From: Octopus vulgaris
Taxonomy: Eukaryota
NCBI GenBank assembly: GCA_951406725.2
Contig: OX597834.1
Location: 13,640,001-13,704,000, forward strand
Direction of reading: 5' to 3'
DNA: 64,000 nucleotides
In this document: positions 25,231 through 38,275 of the stretch, in pieces
Layout: each line of letters begins with the position of its first letter
Numbering within the stretch: the first letter of the stretch is position 1
Notes under the pieces: model-generated
Told to the model about the DNA's origin: nothing
The model's database searches: none
Seen by the model: only the letters and a program-made list of their open reading frames with translations
Made by a program: the position numbers and the translations under genes

Positions 25231-25610
25231 ATTACAAATTATCTAACTTCCGTTCCCTCTACTACGCTATTTTCTCCTCTTCTTTCTTCATCTCTTCAGT
25301 CAAATCTACGTTCTGTTCCTCTTTTATTAAATTTCTTTCCCTTATTCTTCTTGCTGCTATTAAATCAGTTCAAAGCGAATCGTAAATGTCCAGCGTTTGC
25401 CTCGTGTATTTGGCGTTGTGTGAGATTGGATGTGAAAGTTACGACAGTTCTTCGGATATCGAGAAACGATGTCCTCCCAGTTATCTCCAAATACGAATGG
25501 TTCTCAAATAATTGTGCAACTCTTCATCGTAAGGTTTCGTCGTATAAGTTGTAACCAGCATTTCAAGAGCCGTAATTGGTATAATGATCAATATGTGTTT
25601 CAGAGATTTT

Positions 25611-26003
25611 GAGTGGTTGTGTGGAAAGTAGCTAGCTTACTAACTACATGGTTCCGGGTTCAATCCTACTGCGTGGCACCTTGGGCAAGTGTCTTCTTCT
25701 ATAGCCTCGGCCCGACTACAGCCTTCTTAGTGGATTTGGTAGAAGGTAACTGAAAGAATCCCGTCGTATATATGTATAAATTAAGGTATGTGTGTATATG
25801 TATGTGTGTCTGTGTTTGTCCCAATATCGCTTGACAACCGATGCTAGTGTTTTTACGTCCCCGTAACTTAGCACTTCGGCAATAAGAGCCTGATAGAATA
25901 AGTACTAGGCTTACAAAAATAAGTCCCGCGGTCGGTTTGCTCGACTAAAGGCTGTGCTCTAGCATGGCCGCCGTCAAATGACTAAAACCAGTAAAAGAGT
26001 AAA
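25611..26003 (+). mobile_element. SINE family 3
   Basis: GAGTGGTTGTGTGG...GGGTTCAATCC...CCTTGGGCAAGTGTCTTCT...GTAAAAGAGTAAA. Confidence 0.88.
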
Positions 26004-26114
26004 GAATAAGAGTATATATTCACATGATTCTTTCCAGATATGTTCAAATGCTCGTTGTACTAATTATCTCAAGGAAGACTGAAGCGCATGATAGCATACT
26101 CGTACCATATATAC

Positions 26115-26169
<55 letters not shown>

Positions 26170-26174
26170 TATAT

Positions 26175-26378
26175 GACCATATTGAATCGCTAGCTTATGC
26201 ACGCATTTTTTCTCTCCTTGTTTCTCCCCGTGTTTTTTTCTGTGTATCTTTCTGAAGAGCGTAGGCTCGAAACGTAAAAGACTTGTTTTATTTATATTAC
26301 TGAGCGCCATAGTAATACAATTGTTTGTTTGTACTCCACCTGCCTTCGTCTTTTGTTTATTTTCATAAAGCTTCCCGT
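26175..26378 (+). mobile_element. Hammerhead family A, second copy, (TA)n on both sides
   Basis: Matches 1850-2026. The motif TCTTT-CTGAAGAGCGTAGGCTC-GAAACGTA-AAAGA at 26247-26281 is 3 nt shorter than the first copy. Confidence 0.65.
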
Positions 26379-26589
26379 TATATATATATATATATATACC
26401 ATATAAAATTAAAAAAACATGCACAAGGAACTAGTATATTCGTTCTTGTGGACTGAATAGTTTCGACAATTATTTGAACCTAGTACTGTTCTTCCACTAT
26501 TTTTGTTTCAACTGTCCAACATTTCTTGTCAGTGATCGGTTAAACTAATAAGTTTTGTTAGTAAACATATTGTTTGTCCAACTGAAATG

Positions 26590-26950
26590 TCGCCGATTAA
26601 ATTATGCAAATCCTGGTGGAGAAAGATGCCATCGTAACTGTTGAGGAACTAGCAGAGAAGCTTGGATTTGGACGTTCAGTTAGACATTCAAGTCAACGAA
26701 AGAAAAATCGACCACCTTTGGTTTAAAGACGAAAAGTGGTCAATCATCATGTTAATTTTAGACTCCATACTAAGAGGATGACGTTCCAAATGCCGGTGAT
26801 GTTTGAATATGTAACAATTCCCCACCCACAATAGTCACCGGATATCGTCCCCTCTTGTCGGAAGAGTACTGCTGGAGCATTTTTCGTCACGGAGAAGTTA
26901 TTATTGGAAGAGGAGCCTTGTAGAAAATGAAGAAGAGTATATTTTAGATT
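26590..26950 (+). pseudogene. Heavily deleted mariner transposase remnant
   Basis: VEKDAIVTVEELAEKLGFG (helix-turn-helix-like) and HPQ*SPDIVPS (compare HPPYSPDLAPS). Confidence 0.5.
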
Positions 26951-27739
26951 AAAAAAAGAACTTTAATTACCTTAATTTTGACCCAATATATAAATATATA
27001 TATATATAATATGACAGAGAGACATTGATGGATTGGAATTTCATTAGAATTTGAGGAATTTAGATAACATTTGTCAAAAACTATGAAATTATACGTCAAA
27101 GAATTTTATGTTTAGAAAACGCAAGATGATGTAATGGTGAGACAGACCTCTTGCTAGCTTGAAGGCAAATTTGAAGTATTTTTATTATTTCATATACGTA
27201 AGCAATTCGGTGTTTCACCCAAATTTAGTGTAATCATCTCTCTCTCTCTCTCTTTCTCTCTGCCTTTCACTCTCTCTCTCCCTCTTTTTCTTTATATGTA
27301 CACATTTAGCTATCTATCTCTGTATGTAAGTATTCATGTATGTACAACGTACGCACAAATCGGTGCCAAAGAATTTCTTTTACAAACGCACATTCTCACG
27401 TTGTGTATTTCTATATATACATAAGCACGTACACATAGCTATATATATATAGATATATATATATATATATATATATATATCTAGGAAGCTAATCACAGTA
27501 ACAAAAACATTTGTTCAAAAGAAATGGTGATTTATAACAGGGTGCAATTAATTTTACATTTCTATTGATATTACAAAGTAAAGTCTACCAATGCAATATG
27601 AACCAAAACACATTTACAAACGGATGTCGTCACTCTATTTTCTAAAGTATTTGCGCAAGACTCTTTAAAGGCAGTGTTGCGATTAATTTAGCATTATATA
27701 AATACGAAAATACTTATATACACATGTACATACATACAT

Positions 27740-27772
27740 TCATGTGTGTGTATATATATATATATACATATA

Positions 27773-27805
<33 letters not shown>

Positions 27806-28142
27806 GTAGAGGGAGAGATGCACATACACGCATACATAATTGTGTATATATATGCATGTATATGTATATTCATATACATATATAAATGTATATACTTATA
27901 TTCATATATATGTGCACATATATACATATATATAGATTTACATTCATGTATGTGTTTATATATATATATGTATGTATATATATATATATGAATATATATG
28001 TATATTCATATGCATATATAAATGCATATACTTATATTCAATTGTATGTAGACATGGATAAATATATATATATGCATGTATGTATATATGTATGCGTATA
28101 TATATATATGCGTGTGTGTGTGTCATGTATGTGTTTATGTAA

Positions 28143-28185
<43 letters not shown>
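27740..28185 (+). repeat. (TA)n/(TG)n compound microsatellite
   Basis: Direct inspection. Confidence 0.95.
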
Positions 28186-28187
<2 letters not shown>

Positions 28188-28476
28188 CAACCTGGAATCA
28201 ATTTCCGGCTGACTGCTCAAGTCTGTGAATGAAAATCTAATGGAATTGAAAATATTTCATGCGACATGAAATGTATTCACCCGTCTCCTGACATTACTGT
28301 AAAAAGAAATTTGAAGGAAACTCCTGTCTAGACATTGTGATCGTAAACGCAAATCGAATCCATCTTATAAGCATAGAAAACTTTTTATACATAGCCACAC
28401 CGTGAATAATACAAGATTTAAGAATCCTTTCATGCAAGCGTGGTGAAATCACAATATAGTATAATTGATTCCACGG

Positions 28477-28540
<64 letters not shown>

Positions 28541-28814
28541 CTTTTGCGTCGTTTCCACAACGTTTAGTTACAAACTACGTAATTTAAAACTATTTATGCA
28601 CTAGGGACATCGTACAATAGAAATATCAGTTTGTGAGAAAATAGCATATCGTTTATTCAACGATGGCTGTTTAGGTAAAGAAAGTTGCTTTTGAAAAATG
28701 CAGTTTTGATTTCAATCCCACTCGTCGGCATTTGGGAAAGAGCCGTTGTATCATTCTGTCTCAGAGTGAAGTGTGGGTGGATTTCATAAAAGGAAAGTGG
28801 AAAAAATCTATTAC

Positions 28815-28848
<34 letters not shown>

Positions 28849-28849
28849 T

Positions 28850-29650
28850 AACTTTTGAAGAAATTCATAATTGAAGTTATCAAACATTTCATTAGTTGGA
28901 GCCAGTATAGCCCTTTCGCATAACAGGTTTATAGGAGTGTAATTGACAGGTATATTAGGAAATACTTTATCCGTAAGATACCTAAGAGAACGTACCATTT
29001 GACCGCATGTAATTTCATGTAGCTCAAGCCTTGGTTTCAATGTTAATATCTCATTACCAGTCGAGAAAATCTCTACTGAGAATTAACCATCTATATTATC
29101 CCCTTGTAGAAGTACTCACAGGTTGACTGTAAGATGAATCTTGTTTCACATATATCTAATATGTCGACATTTTTAAGCAAGCATTGGTCTCATCAGCTCT
29201 TGATCCTTTGAGGAAAACAGCAAAGTTTGACGAAAATAACTTGCAAGGAAAAATGTTACTCATCCCGTGAGCTTGCTATTTTCTATGCATTGGAAGTAAA
29301 GGTCAAGTACCTCTAGAGCCACATGGTGTGGTATAGTGCACTCATCCCAATCAATGTGTTTGTTGGAGAACTGTTGCCATTTCAGAGCTTTGGGAAATGT
29401 TTTACATTTGAGATTTTTTCAATGCAGAATTTAGAGGGAGCTTGAACATGGAATGAGCAGTTCTTAGGCCATCGAGGACGGTAGCTGCAACTCCAGAAGA
29501 TGAAACAGCAAAGGAAATTTGATTCAGCTGGCAGTCTGTAGTAAGAAGTAAATTCATTACAACTGTCTTTCCTGTAACACCAGAGGTATCCAAAAGTAAA
29601 CTTTCCCTCTCTTCACAAACATTAAGTGTAAAAGCGTTTCTCATATGTAA
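28850..29650 (-). pseudogene. Helitron PIF1-type helicase remnant
   Basis: LLLDTSGVTGKT (Walker A), AVSSSGVAATVLDGLRTAHSMFKLPL, IDWDECT (Walker B), FRQTL and ERAILAPTN appear in the expected order, with stops and frameshifts. Confidence 0.88.
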
Positions 29651-30824
29651 CATCCTTCCATTGATGAGTCGGATTCAATTTACACTCTTTTATATTTTCA
29701 ATTACGCCCTTAGCTAGATCGTAAATATGTCTCGCAAACAACTTGCACATGCAAGTGGTACCAGTCAAAAACTTCGCATACCGGAAGCCAGCAAGTGTAT
29801 GGGGTCATCAGGGGAGTATGCGCGCCGTTTCGAGGCCTACCTCTCGACGGCATCAATGCGCACCGGCCCCGCTTGCTAGAACAGCTGATTACCAAATAAA
29901 GCTCAATATTCTTCTAGCCATCGCTCATCATTTCTTTTTAACCAAATCCAGTGCCTAGCTTTCTCCATTGTAGTTTAGATATCGGTCATGGTGGTATTGA
30001 CTTTACGATGAGTTAGGTCTAACGATAACAACAGTGGAGCCACACTGTGTCCAACAATCCCTCTACATTTAAAATTTTAATATCTGGATCGTAAATACAG
30101 ATATCTCTCATTTCTACTAAATGCAAACCCGTACTCATTATACTACATGTCACATTTGAGGTGTAATCCACTAACCAGTTTATATTTACTGAAGCACATA
30201 TTCGTGGAGCTTTAGAGTCTCGAAGAATCATAATCTATTTCCAAGAAGCATGGCAACTAAAATCATAAAATATTTATAAACGTCTTGAAAATATATCCAT
30301 ATCACTTTAAAGAGGCCTTATTAATTTTGGGTAGATTTCATGTTGTTTTACATTAAATCGAAGGAAAATATGAAAACAATTTACAATTTGTTATGTACAG
30401 TATACGCTTTAAGAATATACACAAAAGATATATATGAATATATTTTCTTTGCAGAGAAACTTATATGAAATAATAAACATTACTTCCAAATTACAATTGA
30501 TTCTTCTGTAATTTTTCAGAGATACCGGAAAACAAAATTTTCTGTCTTCGTGATATATAAAGTCTACAAATACAAATAGCTACAGAGTAAATATAAATTT
30601 AACAAAAGCAATTATCATATTATAAAAACATGATCGATATCTAGAAATGAAAAGAGGAATTCTGCGTCATAAAACAGATATTAAACATGCATTAAAACAT
30701 AATTTGTTTTTCAGTCAACAATCACACGTTATATTAACAAATAAATGTAGGGCTATACACGTGATCATCTAAGGAATGATGCAGGAATGATGCAGAGATG
30801 CAGTGCAGTGATATACATACATAG

Positions 30825-30904
<80 letters not shown>

Positions 30905-30907
<3 letters not shown>

Positions 30908-31220
30908 AAACTTTTAGATGACTGTTTTTGTTCGTCATGATGCTGACATAAGTTCCTTGTCTTTCCTGATGAGAAGGCGGCATAATGCACCCTTTATTCC
31001 TTCGGAATTGAGAATATGCAGGCTTCGAAACATATGTCGAGAATAAAGGAATTTTGTTAAATCGTCGTTCGACTCCATTCTTTCATTTATTTATAGTAAA
31101 AAAAACACACAAATTTCCACACGAAAGCACGTGATTTCTGCCCTTGGCATGTAGCTTCAATCGTGATTTCTGACGTAAATTTGCTACCCGGGTATCGGTT
31201 AACCGAATTATCCATACTAG
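30905..31220 (+). mobile_element. Hammerhead-bearing element, family D, between two (TA)n tracts
   Basis: About 315 bp bounded by (TA)n on both sides and containing the motif at 30961-31043. Confidence 0.6.
30961..31043 (+). ncRNA. Type I hammerhead ribozyme with canonical core
   Basis: TTTC-CTGATGA-GAAG...CTTC-GAAA-CATATG-TC-GAGA. All core nucleotides are canonical, the triplet is GUC, helix III is the palindrome ACATATGT, and stem II extends (GCATA/TATGC). Confidence 0.75.
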
Positions 31221-31237
31221 GATAATTCATTCAACTA

Positions 31238-31277
<40 letters not shown>

Positions 31278-31281
<4 letters not shown>

Positions 31282-31554
31282 TAAATATATATTGTAAGAT
31301 AACATAAAGAAAAAAAGAAAGAGACCTCGATATTATGTAAATAGAGGAAATTTATCTATAAATAATATGTTACAATTATTCAATAGTCAAGATGAAACTC
31401 TGAGTTTCGGATGCTGAAGTGGAAATCCACAACACCATCTCTTCGGATATCATAGCGTTTTTCAGATGCCCAGATAACCGAAGAGATGGTGTTGGGATTT
31501 CCACTACGGCATCCGAAACTCAGAGTTTTATCTTGACTATTGAATAATTGTAAC

Positions 31555-31560
<6 letters not shown>
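31278..31560. mobile_element. Hammerhead family E: head-to-head inverted pair inside (TA)n
   Basis: Arms 31363-31450 and 31473-31560 are near-perfect inverted repeats. Each reads outward CCGAAGA-GATG...CATCC-GAAA-CTC(A)GAG-TT. Stem I is AGATAA/TTATCT in the plus copy. Confidence 0.72.
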
Positions 31561-31607
<47 letters not shown>

Positions 31608-31709
31608 TATATATGTATGTATGTGTGTGTGTATGTATGTATGTGTGTATGTATGTATGCAAAGAGAAGAAGAGCGCGAGAGACAGACAGAGACAAAGAG
31701 AGACAGAGT

Positions 31710-32140
31710 GCAACCCGTCGTTATACGATGAAGGGAATATAATAAGCGGAACCTATCTCTCGTGCCCGTTCGCATTGCTTGCCTTTCAGGTCTCTGTTGC
31801 TGAATATATAGAAAGTAAATGCTTTGGAGCCCATATGTACAATACTCTCATTAAGGAGCGTTGCAAAAAGGCCCAGTGTGTTTGCACTTATCAGATTACA
31901 GCAAGCACCTTTCCCGATGACAAAATACAGTGAGTGACGTCCCTCCATAGCCGTCATTGATTGGTTCAAATTGCAGAAATTGAAGAAAAAAGCACAACAA
32001 ATATATTACAAATAATAGAATTTTCTCAATAAAGCCAAGAGAAAAAGATGTTTGATAAACACATTCTACCAGTATACGAAGTTTAAAAGTGTTTAGTTAC
32101 GTGAAAATTATTTTAAAAAACTGCCGTTCAAACCGAAAAG
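31710..32140. mobile_element. Unclassified interspersed repeat or DNA-transposon end
   Basis: The end ...AAAAACTGCCGTTCAAACCGAAAAG resembles a repeat I recall from octopus DNA. Only one copy is present here. Confidence 0.3.
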
Positions 32141-32995
32141 TTCCAATATCACGGAAATGTATTATTTTCTCGTTTTTCCTTTCTTTGAATTAAAATATGA
32201 TTACGATACTTAATGGCGAGGGCCGGTAAGAAGGGAAAAAAAACAATTAATATTTATGAAGATATACCATCATAGAAAATAAAGTCCAACGGGAAAATTC
32301 TACTAAGGACTAGATATATTATTCCATCGCTGTCTTCTACATTCCTCTTTACATAGATGTATGTCTGTTCGTGAGTTTGTCTACGAAACTATATACACAG
32401 ATATTCGAGCGCATTCACACGCGCGTATATACACATGCGCGTACACACACATATCTATACACACATTTAAGTATACAGATATAGGAACATTAATACATAT
32501 ACTCACTTGTTTCCGCACATTTCCTGTGTGTGTGTTTGTGCCTCTCTCTCTCCGACAAACACTCACACACACAGTATCTGTGTGTGTGTGTTTATCGACA
32601 TATGCACGACGAGGTGTATATGTGTGAGTGAATTATTTATGGGGTTTTACGCTTCTGAAGAAATCATCACCTAACACTTCAATGCACATTTTGGAGTTTC
32701 TAGTTTCTTCTCAAACTGCTTTCTCTTTGTCTGACCATCAGAGCGGATCGTACTTTTTATGAGGAAACATTTTTCGTGTTTATTTATGATACCAATGTAT
32801 CTCTGTAACAAAATGTTTAATTAGATCTATATATTTATAAGTGCACATACATGCCATAAACATTTAGTACCAACAGGAAATTATGAGACTTCCTCCTCTT
32901 TTATTCACCCTTGTTCATTCAGCGTCACCATTGGACCTATAGATATACACGTCTATTTATTTGCAACAGTAGACAAATATCCCTCAAATCACATA

Positions 32996-33151
32996 GACGT
33001 AGGAGTGGCTGTGTGGTAAGTAGCTTGCTTAACAACCACCGGGTTCAGACCCACTGCGTGGTAGCTTTGTCATGGGTCTTCTACTATTGCCTCGGGCCGA
33101 CCAAAGCCTTGTGAGTGGATTTGGCAGACGGAAACTGAAAGAAGCCCATGT

Positions 33152-33182
<31 letters not shown>

Positions 33183-33366
33183 TTGTGTGTCTGTGTCTGT
33201 CACCCAACATCGCTTGACAACTGATGCTGGTGTGTTTACGTCCCCGTAACTTAGCGGTTCGGCAAGAAGGACCATAGAATAAGTCCTGGGATCGTTTTGA
33301 TCGACTAAAGGCGGTGCTCCAGCATGTCCACAGTCACATGACTGAAACAAGTAAAAGAGTAAAGAG
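32996..33366 (+). mobile_element. SINE family 3, followed by (GA)n
   Basis: AGGAGTGGCTGTGTGGTAAGTAGCTTGC...GACTGAAACAAGTAAAAGAG. Confidence 0.9.
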
Positions 33367-33387
33367 CAAAGAGATAGAGAGAGAGAC

Positions 33388-33427
<40 letters not shown>

Positions 33428-33910
33428 CTGCTCTTTAAATACCAAGTCAGAACAGAGAACTCCCTCCTCGAAGCAAAAGAAGATTGAAGTGTGAGTGAGA
33501 GTGTATTGGATAATATGTCGGCCGGCATTAACATTATCTTGGTTTAAACAGAAACGTGCATTCCTGTAAAGTTTATATGCCTTTTTGCTATTTAATGTTA
33601 ATTGGAAATCTTTTTTTCTAGAGCATTTCGATGCACTGACCTCATAATGTAAGCCTCTGAAATAATAGACGTTATTTTCTATATTTATTATGCCAAGTAT
33701 CGTACTAAATCACACAAGCTCAGTTCGATAAAGAGAATCTTTGCGTGTTTGCAATGATTTTGACGTCTGAACTTCTCTGTCTATAGTGCAGACACTTTAA
33801 CACCGAATGAAATATACTATATCTATTGTTATTGTTTGAAAGAATTAATAGAAAGAATGCTACATGTATTGTTAGTCGGCAAGTAGATAAACGTTCGGCA
33901 ATTTGAATAT

Positions 33911-34015
33911 ATAACGGTTGTCAGTCAGAGTTTCACGCTAGATGAATTCTTCAGACAGCAAACAGCGCTGTCTCGAGATCATTCCAGCATGAAACTCTAC
34001 TGTCACAACAGTTAT
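33911..34015. repeat. Imperfect palindrome of about 105 bp (small MITE-like hairpin)
   Basis: ATAACGGTTGT..CAGT.AGAGTTTCA.GCT...AGACAGC, a 7-nt loop, then GCTGTCT...AGC.TGAAACTCT.ACTG..ACAACAGTTAT. Confidence 0.7.
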
Positions 34016-34154
34016 TTTCATAATCGATGAAAAATAACGGATCAATATCACACTCTTATCCCATTCGGTTAATTCACACACACACACTCACAGACACAGA
34101 CACACACGCACGCAAGCACGCACACACACGTTTCCTCGCGCATTTCACATTAAA

Positions 34155-34158
34155 TTAC

Positions 34159-34194
<36 letters not shown>

Positions 34195-34222
34195 TATATT
34201 ATTATTATTATTATTATTATTA

Positions 34223-34268
<46 letters not shown>

Positions 34269-34284
34269 CATCATCATCATCTTC

Positions 34285-34322
<38 letters not shown>

Positions 34323-34530
34323 TATTATTATTATTATTTTAATTTTATTAGCATTACTATTATTATCATTATTATTATTATTATTATTATTTTATTACTA
34401 TTACTATTATTATCATCATCATCACCATCATCATCATCATCCTCCTCCTCCTCCTCCTCATCATCATCATTATTATTATTATCATTATTATTATTTATTA
34501 TTTATTATCATTATCATTATTATTATTATT
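34155..34530 (+). repeat. (ATT)n/(ATC)n/(CCT)n compound microsatellite
   Basis: Direct inspection. Confidence 0.95.
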
Positions 34531-35159
34531 ACATTCTCGGTGTTTTGCGTGTGAATCATTATTGTACTTTACAAATTCCTTCCAAGGTTTGATGTGTAGT
34601 TTTTTTTTCTCTATATAATTATCGACAAATTCTCTGTGTCTCTCTCTCTATATATATATATATTTAGTGTTTCGATTATTTCTTTTTATGTTCATTATTT
34701 CTTTAACATTCTATTCTTTCCCATTGTGTTGCTACATTGTTTAGTGTATAAATTTTCTGTCTTACGCTACCTTTTTTTTCCCTCTATTATTTTCTAATAT
34801 TGATTTTCACGATTTCCTATTATGTCTATATATATGTTTTTCTCTTAAATCACATATTTTCATTCACCGTTTACATTATCACAAACGCACATACAATCCA
34901 TGGCTCGCTCTATTTTGTCTGCAACGCCTTCTGATAATCTTGTATACTTTTTTGCATCGCACTCCATTTATAATAATGTTAATATGAATGTTATTCAACG
35001 CTCATTTTATGATTCTTTCTTGTACATCAGTTTCTCATTATCTTCATTCTTTTCTTCTTACTTTCATTGTCCTGTTCTGGATTCTCAGCGTCTGTCTCCT
35101 CTAAATCTGAGTGCCCGATGTTGAATCTTGGGTATAGTTACAATACGTAAGTATGTTGT

Positions 35160-35385
35160 TTGTAAATGCCAATTCAAATCGCATCCCAGTATATGTTCCC
35201 TACTGCTCAACAGCTTTGTTAAATGAATAACTAAGCTCACAGATTTCGTTTTGGGATTTGGTCTGCAAGATTCTTTTTGTGAGTTCGTGTGTTGAAGCAT
35301 ATTCTGTTGTGTCTGAGGAGAGTCCTTTTCGTTTTGTGCCTTATAATGTAACGCACTCAACGGTAAAATTTCCACTTATTTCTTA
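35160..35385 (-). pseudogene. Possible GIY-YIG endonuclease remnant of a Penelope-like element
   Basis: Frameshifted reading SGNF..C..HY.G.TKRTL...TEYA...EHILGCDLNW resembles GxVY..C..YIGxTxRxLxxRxxEH...H..DW. It needs several frameshifts. Confidence 0.35.
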
Positions 35386-35701
35386 CTTTTATTTTCCTAA
35401 GAATTTTCTTTGCTTCTTGCAACTTTTTCAATAGTCTTCAATAGCTTCGGATTATTTGATTTATAATTCTAATATTATGTCTGGCCATACACTAGAGGAA
35501 GATCATATTGCCTTCTATCATATTTCATTCATAGATTTTCTGTTTGACATTAACGATTAAAGTATATTAAATTAAGAAAGATATAGATATATAAGAAAGA
35601 TGCAAATTTGCAAATCTAAGAGCGTATTCAAATAGGTTAAATAATATAGAAAACTTTATAACCAGTTGTACACTTAGCGCAATCAAACAAAGATCAGGCA
35701 A

Positions 35702-36930
35702 TGAAATTCTTACCCTCATATATGTTGGGCTAAAATTTTGCTTCACGGATATCAAATTCCGAGAGCAGTATGTCGCTTGCATTGACGCCAGTGTTCAAGT
35801 GGTACTTATTTTATCGACCCCGACAGGATGAAAGGTAAAGTCGACCTTGGCGGAATTTGAAGTTGAACATGAGGGAGGATGAAAGGCCACTGAGCACTTT
35901 GCCAGATACGCTAACCCTTCTCCCAGCTCACCACCTTCTTGCCTTCATACATATTCATGCATTTTAATCAGGAACTCGAACTAAATGTATTCACATTTGC
36001 ATACGTAATCCACTCTTGATAAAATGTTAAATAGAAGTTTTTGTTTTTAATACAACACAATGTAAATAAAATGTCTATTGAATCTAAGCCATTGAATTTT
36101 AAATTTTATGTCTGTGAGGGAATATACTGCTAATTCATTTTATAATAACGATTTATTGTGAATTTCCTTTTCGGTAATTTTTACTAAAATTAGCAATGCA
36201 CTATATATCTGACCCACAACTAAATTTCATATTTGTATATTTTTTCTGCAATTTGTACCATTGTAAATTTTCGTTTAGTAGCATAAATTAATATTAGCAT
36301 TTGAATAGTTGTCTACCATATAACCTTATTTCATATTCACAAAACCATGTTTTGTGATGGCCTTTTGTTAATCAGTGAATTTTCAGTAACATGAAGTAGC
36401 GAGAAATGATAATATAAATAATCTTAACATTTAAGGTCATTATAGTTAATTCAATTATTAGTTCAAAAAATAATCGTAAAATCTGATTGCTAGTTCATTT
36501 ATTATTATCAGCATCAGCATCCTATTGATTATCATTATCATTTTCATCACCATCACTATTATTATTGTTGTTATTATTATTATTATTATTATTATTGAGT
36601 GATAGGGCAGTACATGCCATCAAAGTGACACTGGGGTAAAATATACAAAGACCAGTATACCTATCATGACTACCTGTCTGATAAGGATACACTAGGCACA
36701 TGCATCACAGCCATATATATGCGTGACATGATGATCAGGCAGTGAAATTTTTACCCTCATATATGCTGGTTTAAAATTTTGCTTCACGGATATCAAATTT
36801 CCGAGAGCAGTAAGTCGCTTGCATCGACGCCAGTGTTCAAGGGATACTTATTATATCGACCCCGACAGAATGAAAGGTAAAGTCGACCTTGGAGGAATTT
36901 GAAGTTGAACATGAAGGAGCACTTTGCCAG
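35702..36930 (+). repeat. About 200-bp direct duplication (35702-35906, 36743-36931) including a minus-strand SINE family 2 copy
   Basis: TTACCCTCATATATG...AAAATTTTGCTTCACGGATATCAAATT...GAATTTGAAGTTGAACATGA...GAGCACTTTGCCAGATA occurs twice. Confidence 0.9.
36597..36737 (-). mobile_element. 3' end of an (AAT)n-tailed retroposon
   Basis: Reverse-complement homologue of 38095-38226, abutting (ATT)n. Confidence 0.7.
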
Positions 36931-37959
36931 ATAACTATCTTTATTAGCAAATCCTCAAAATAATTCCTGAAACAATACACACTTTTGAAATATATCTCAA
37001 TTCAAAACTTAGAATACAGAGGATAGCAACGATTCATAAGGTTTGCGGTGTAATCTTAGTGACAATATAAAATCAGTTAGTGAAGAATTTCTAAGATTCA
37101 TCAAACGGAAGCATCCGTTTCTTGAAAAGATAAAATTCAGTTTCGACCATAGAGACGGTTGAACTCAAAATGTAAAAAAACCGAAGAAATGCCGTTTCGT
37201 ATTTTGCGCAACGATAATATCGATTGTACCAGTTCGCCGGACTTGGTTCGCATTTAAGAAGAACAAACATTTTAACGGAAATAGAATTTCCATATAATTG
37301 TCGAAGTGGAGAGTTTTGTGTGTTGTGTATGGCATCAGTGTCAATTATATCCGTAGGAATATTAAATTGTTGATATTCGTTCTATTAAATTCCATTTTCA
37401 CAGTTAATCGTAATTGTTCGATGAAATGAGTTAATTTTGAAGGAGATGCATTTACTGAAACGCTTTAAATACTTTGTTTTTAATTATAAATATTTGAATC
37501 AAATCTGTTACAGGTCAAATTGTGAATTCATGTTATTGGATTTGCCATGAAATCGACTTGACTTCGTAAATGGTCATGTATCCGGCAGGCTTTTGATGAG
37601 TATCTCTTGAACTTTCATATACCCATAATTGCAAATTATTAGTGCATATACACCTACTGTTTCAGCATCTGAATATAAATGTTTAAATTTACTGTAATAG
37701 AGTTTAAATTGTCTGAATAATAATTTATGAAACATAACAGTCTACGTTTATACGAGATGTTTTCTTGATTCAAATGCTGTAATATTAAGGCTTTCAAAAG
37801 TATTTCTGCATTACTTGCGATATAGAGAATGCGTATAAGTAATTTCAAAGCCATATATCAGCTATTTGTAACATTGGTGTTTGTTCCCCCTATATCTGAA
37901 GAGGCTTGTTGTTGCTTGCGTTTAGAATAGGAGACATACCTATTTAACAATTCCAGTAA

Positions 37960-38226
37960 TATGGGTGGTTCTTTCAACATCCTTAAACAACCCTTATTCA
38001 GGGACCATTTGAGCAGGATGGGCTACTCAACCTGAAGAAAATTCTAACTGGGCCCCACCTGCAAGGTCATGTGCTGTTTATCTTGATATGAGATCACCAT
38101 GTCGCGCACATATGGCTGTGATGCATGTGCCTGGTGTGCCCTTATTTGACGGGTAGTCTTGATTGGTATATTGGGCTTTGATGGCATGAACTGCTCTCTT
38201 TGATGGCATGGACTGCTCTCTCACTC

Positions 38227-38271
<45 letters not shown>
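37960..38271 (+). mobile_element. (AAT)n-tailed retroposon fragment
   Basis: Ends ...TTTGATGGCATGGACTGCTCTCTCACTC(AAT)n. Second copy at 36597-36737. Confidence 0.7.
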
Positions 38272-38275
<4 letters not shown>

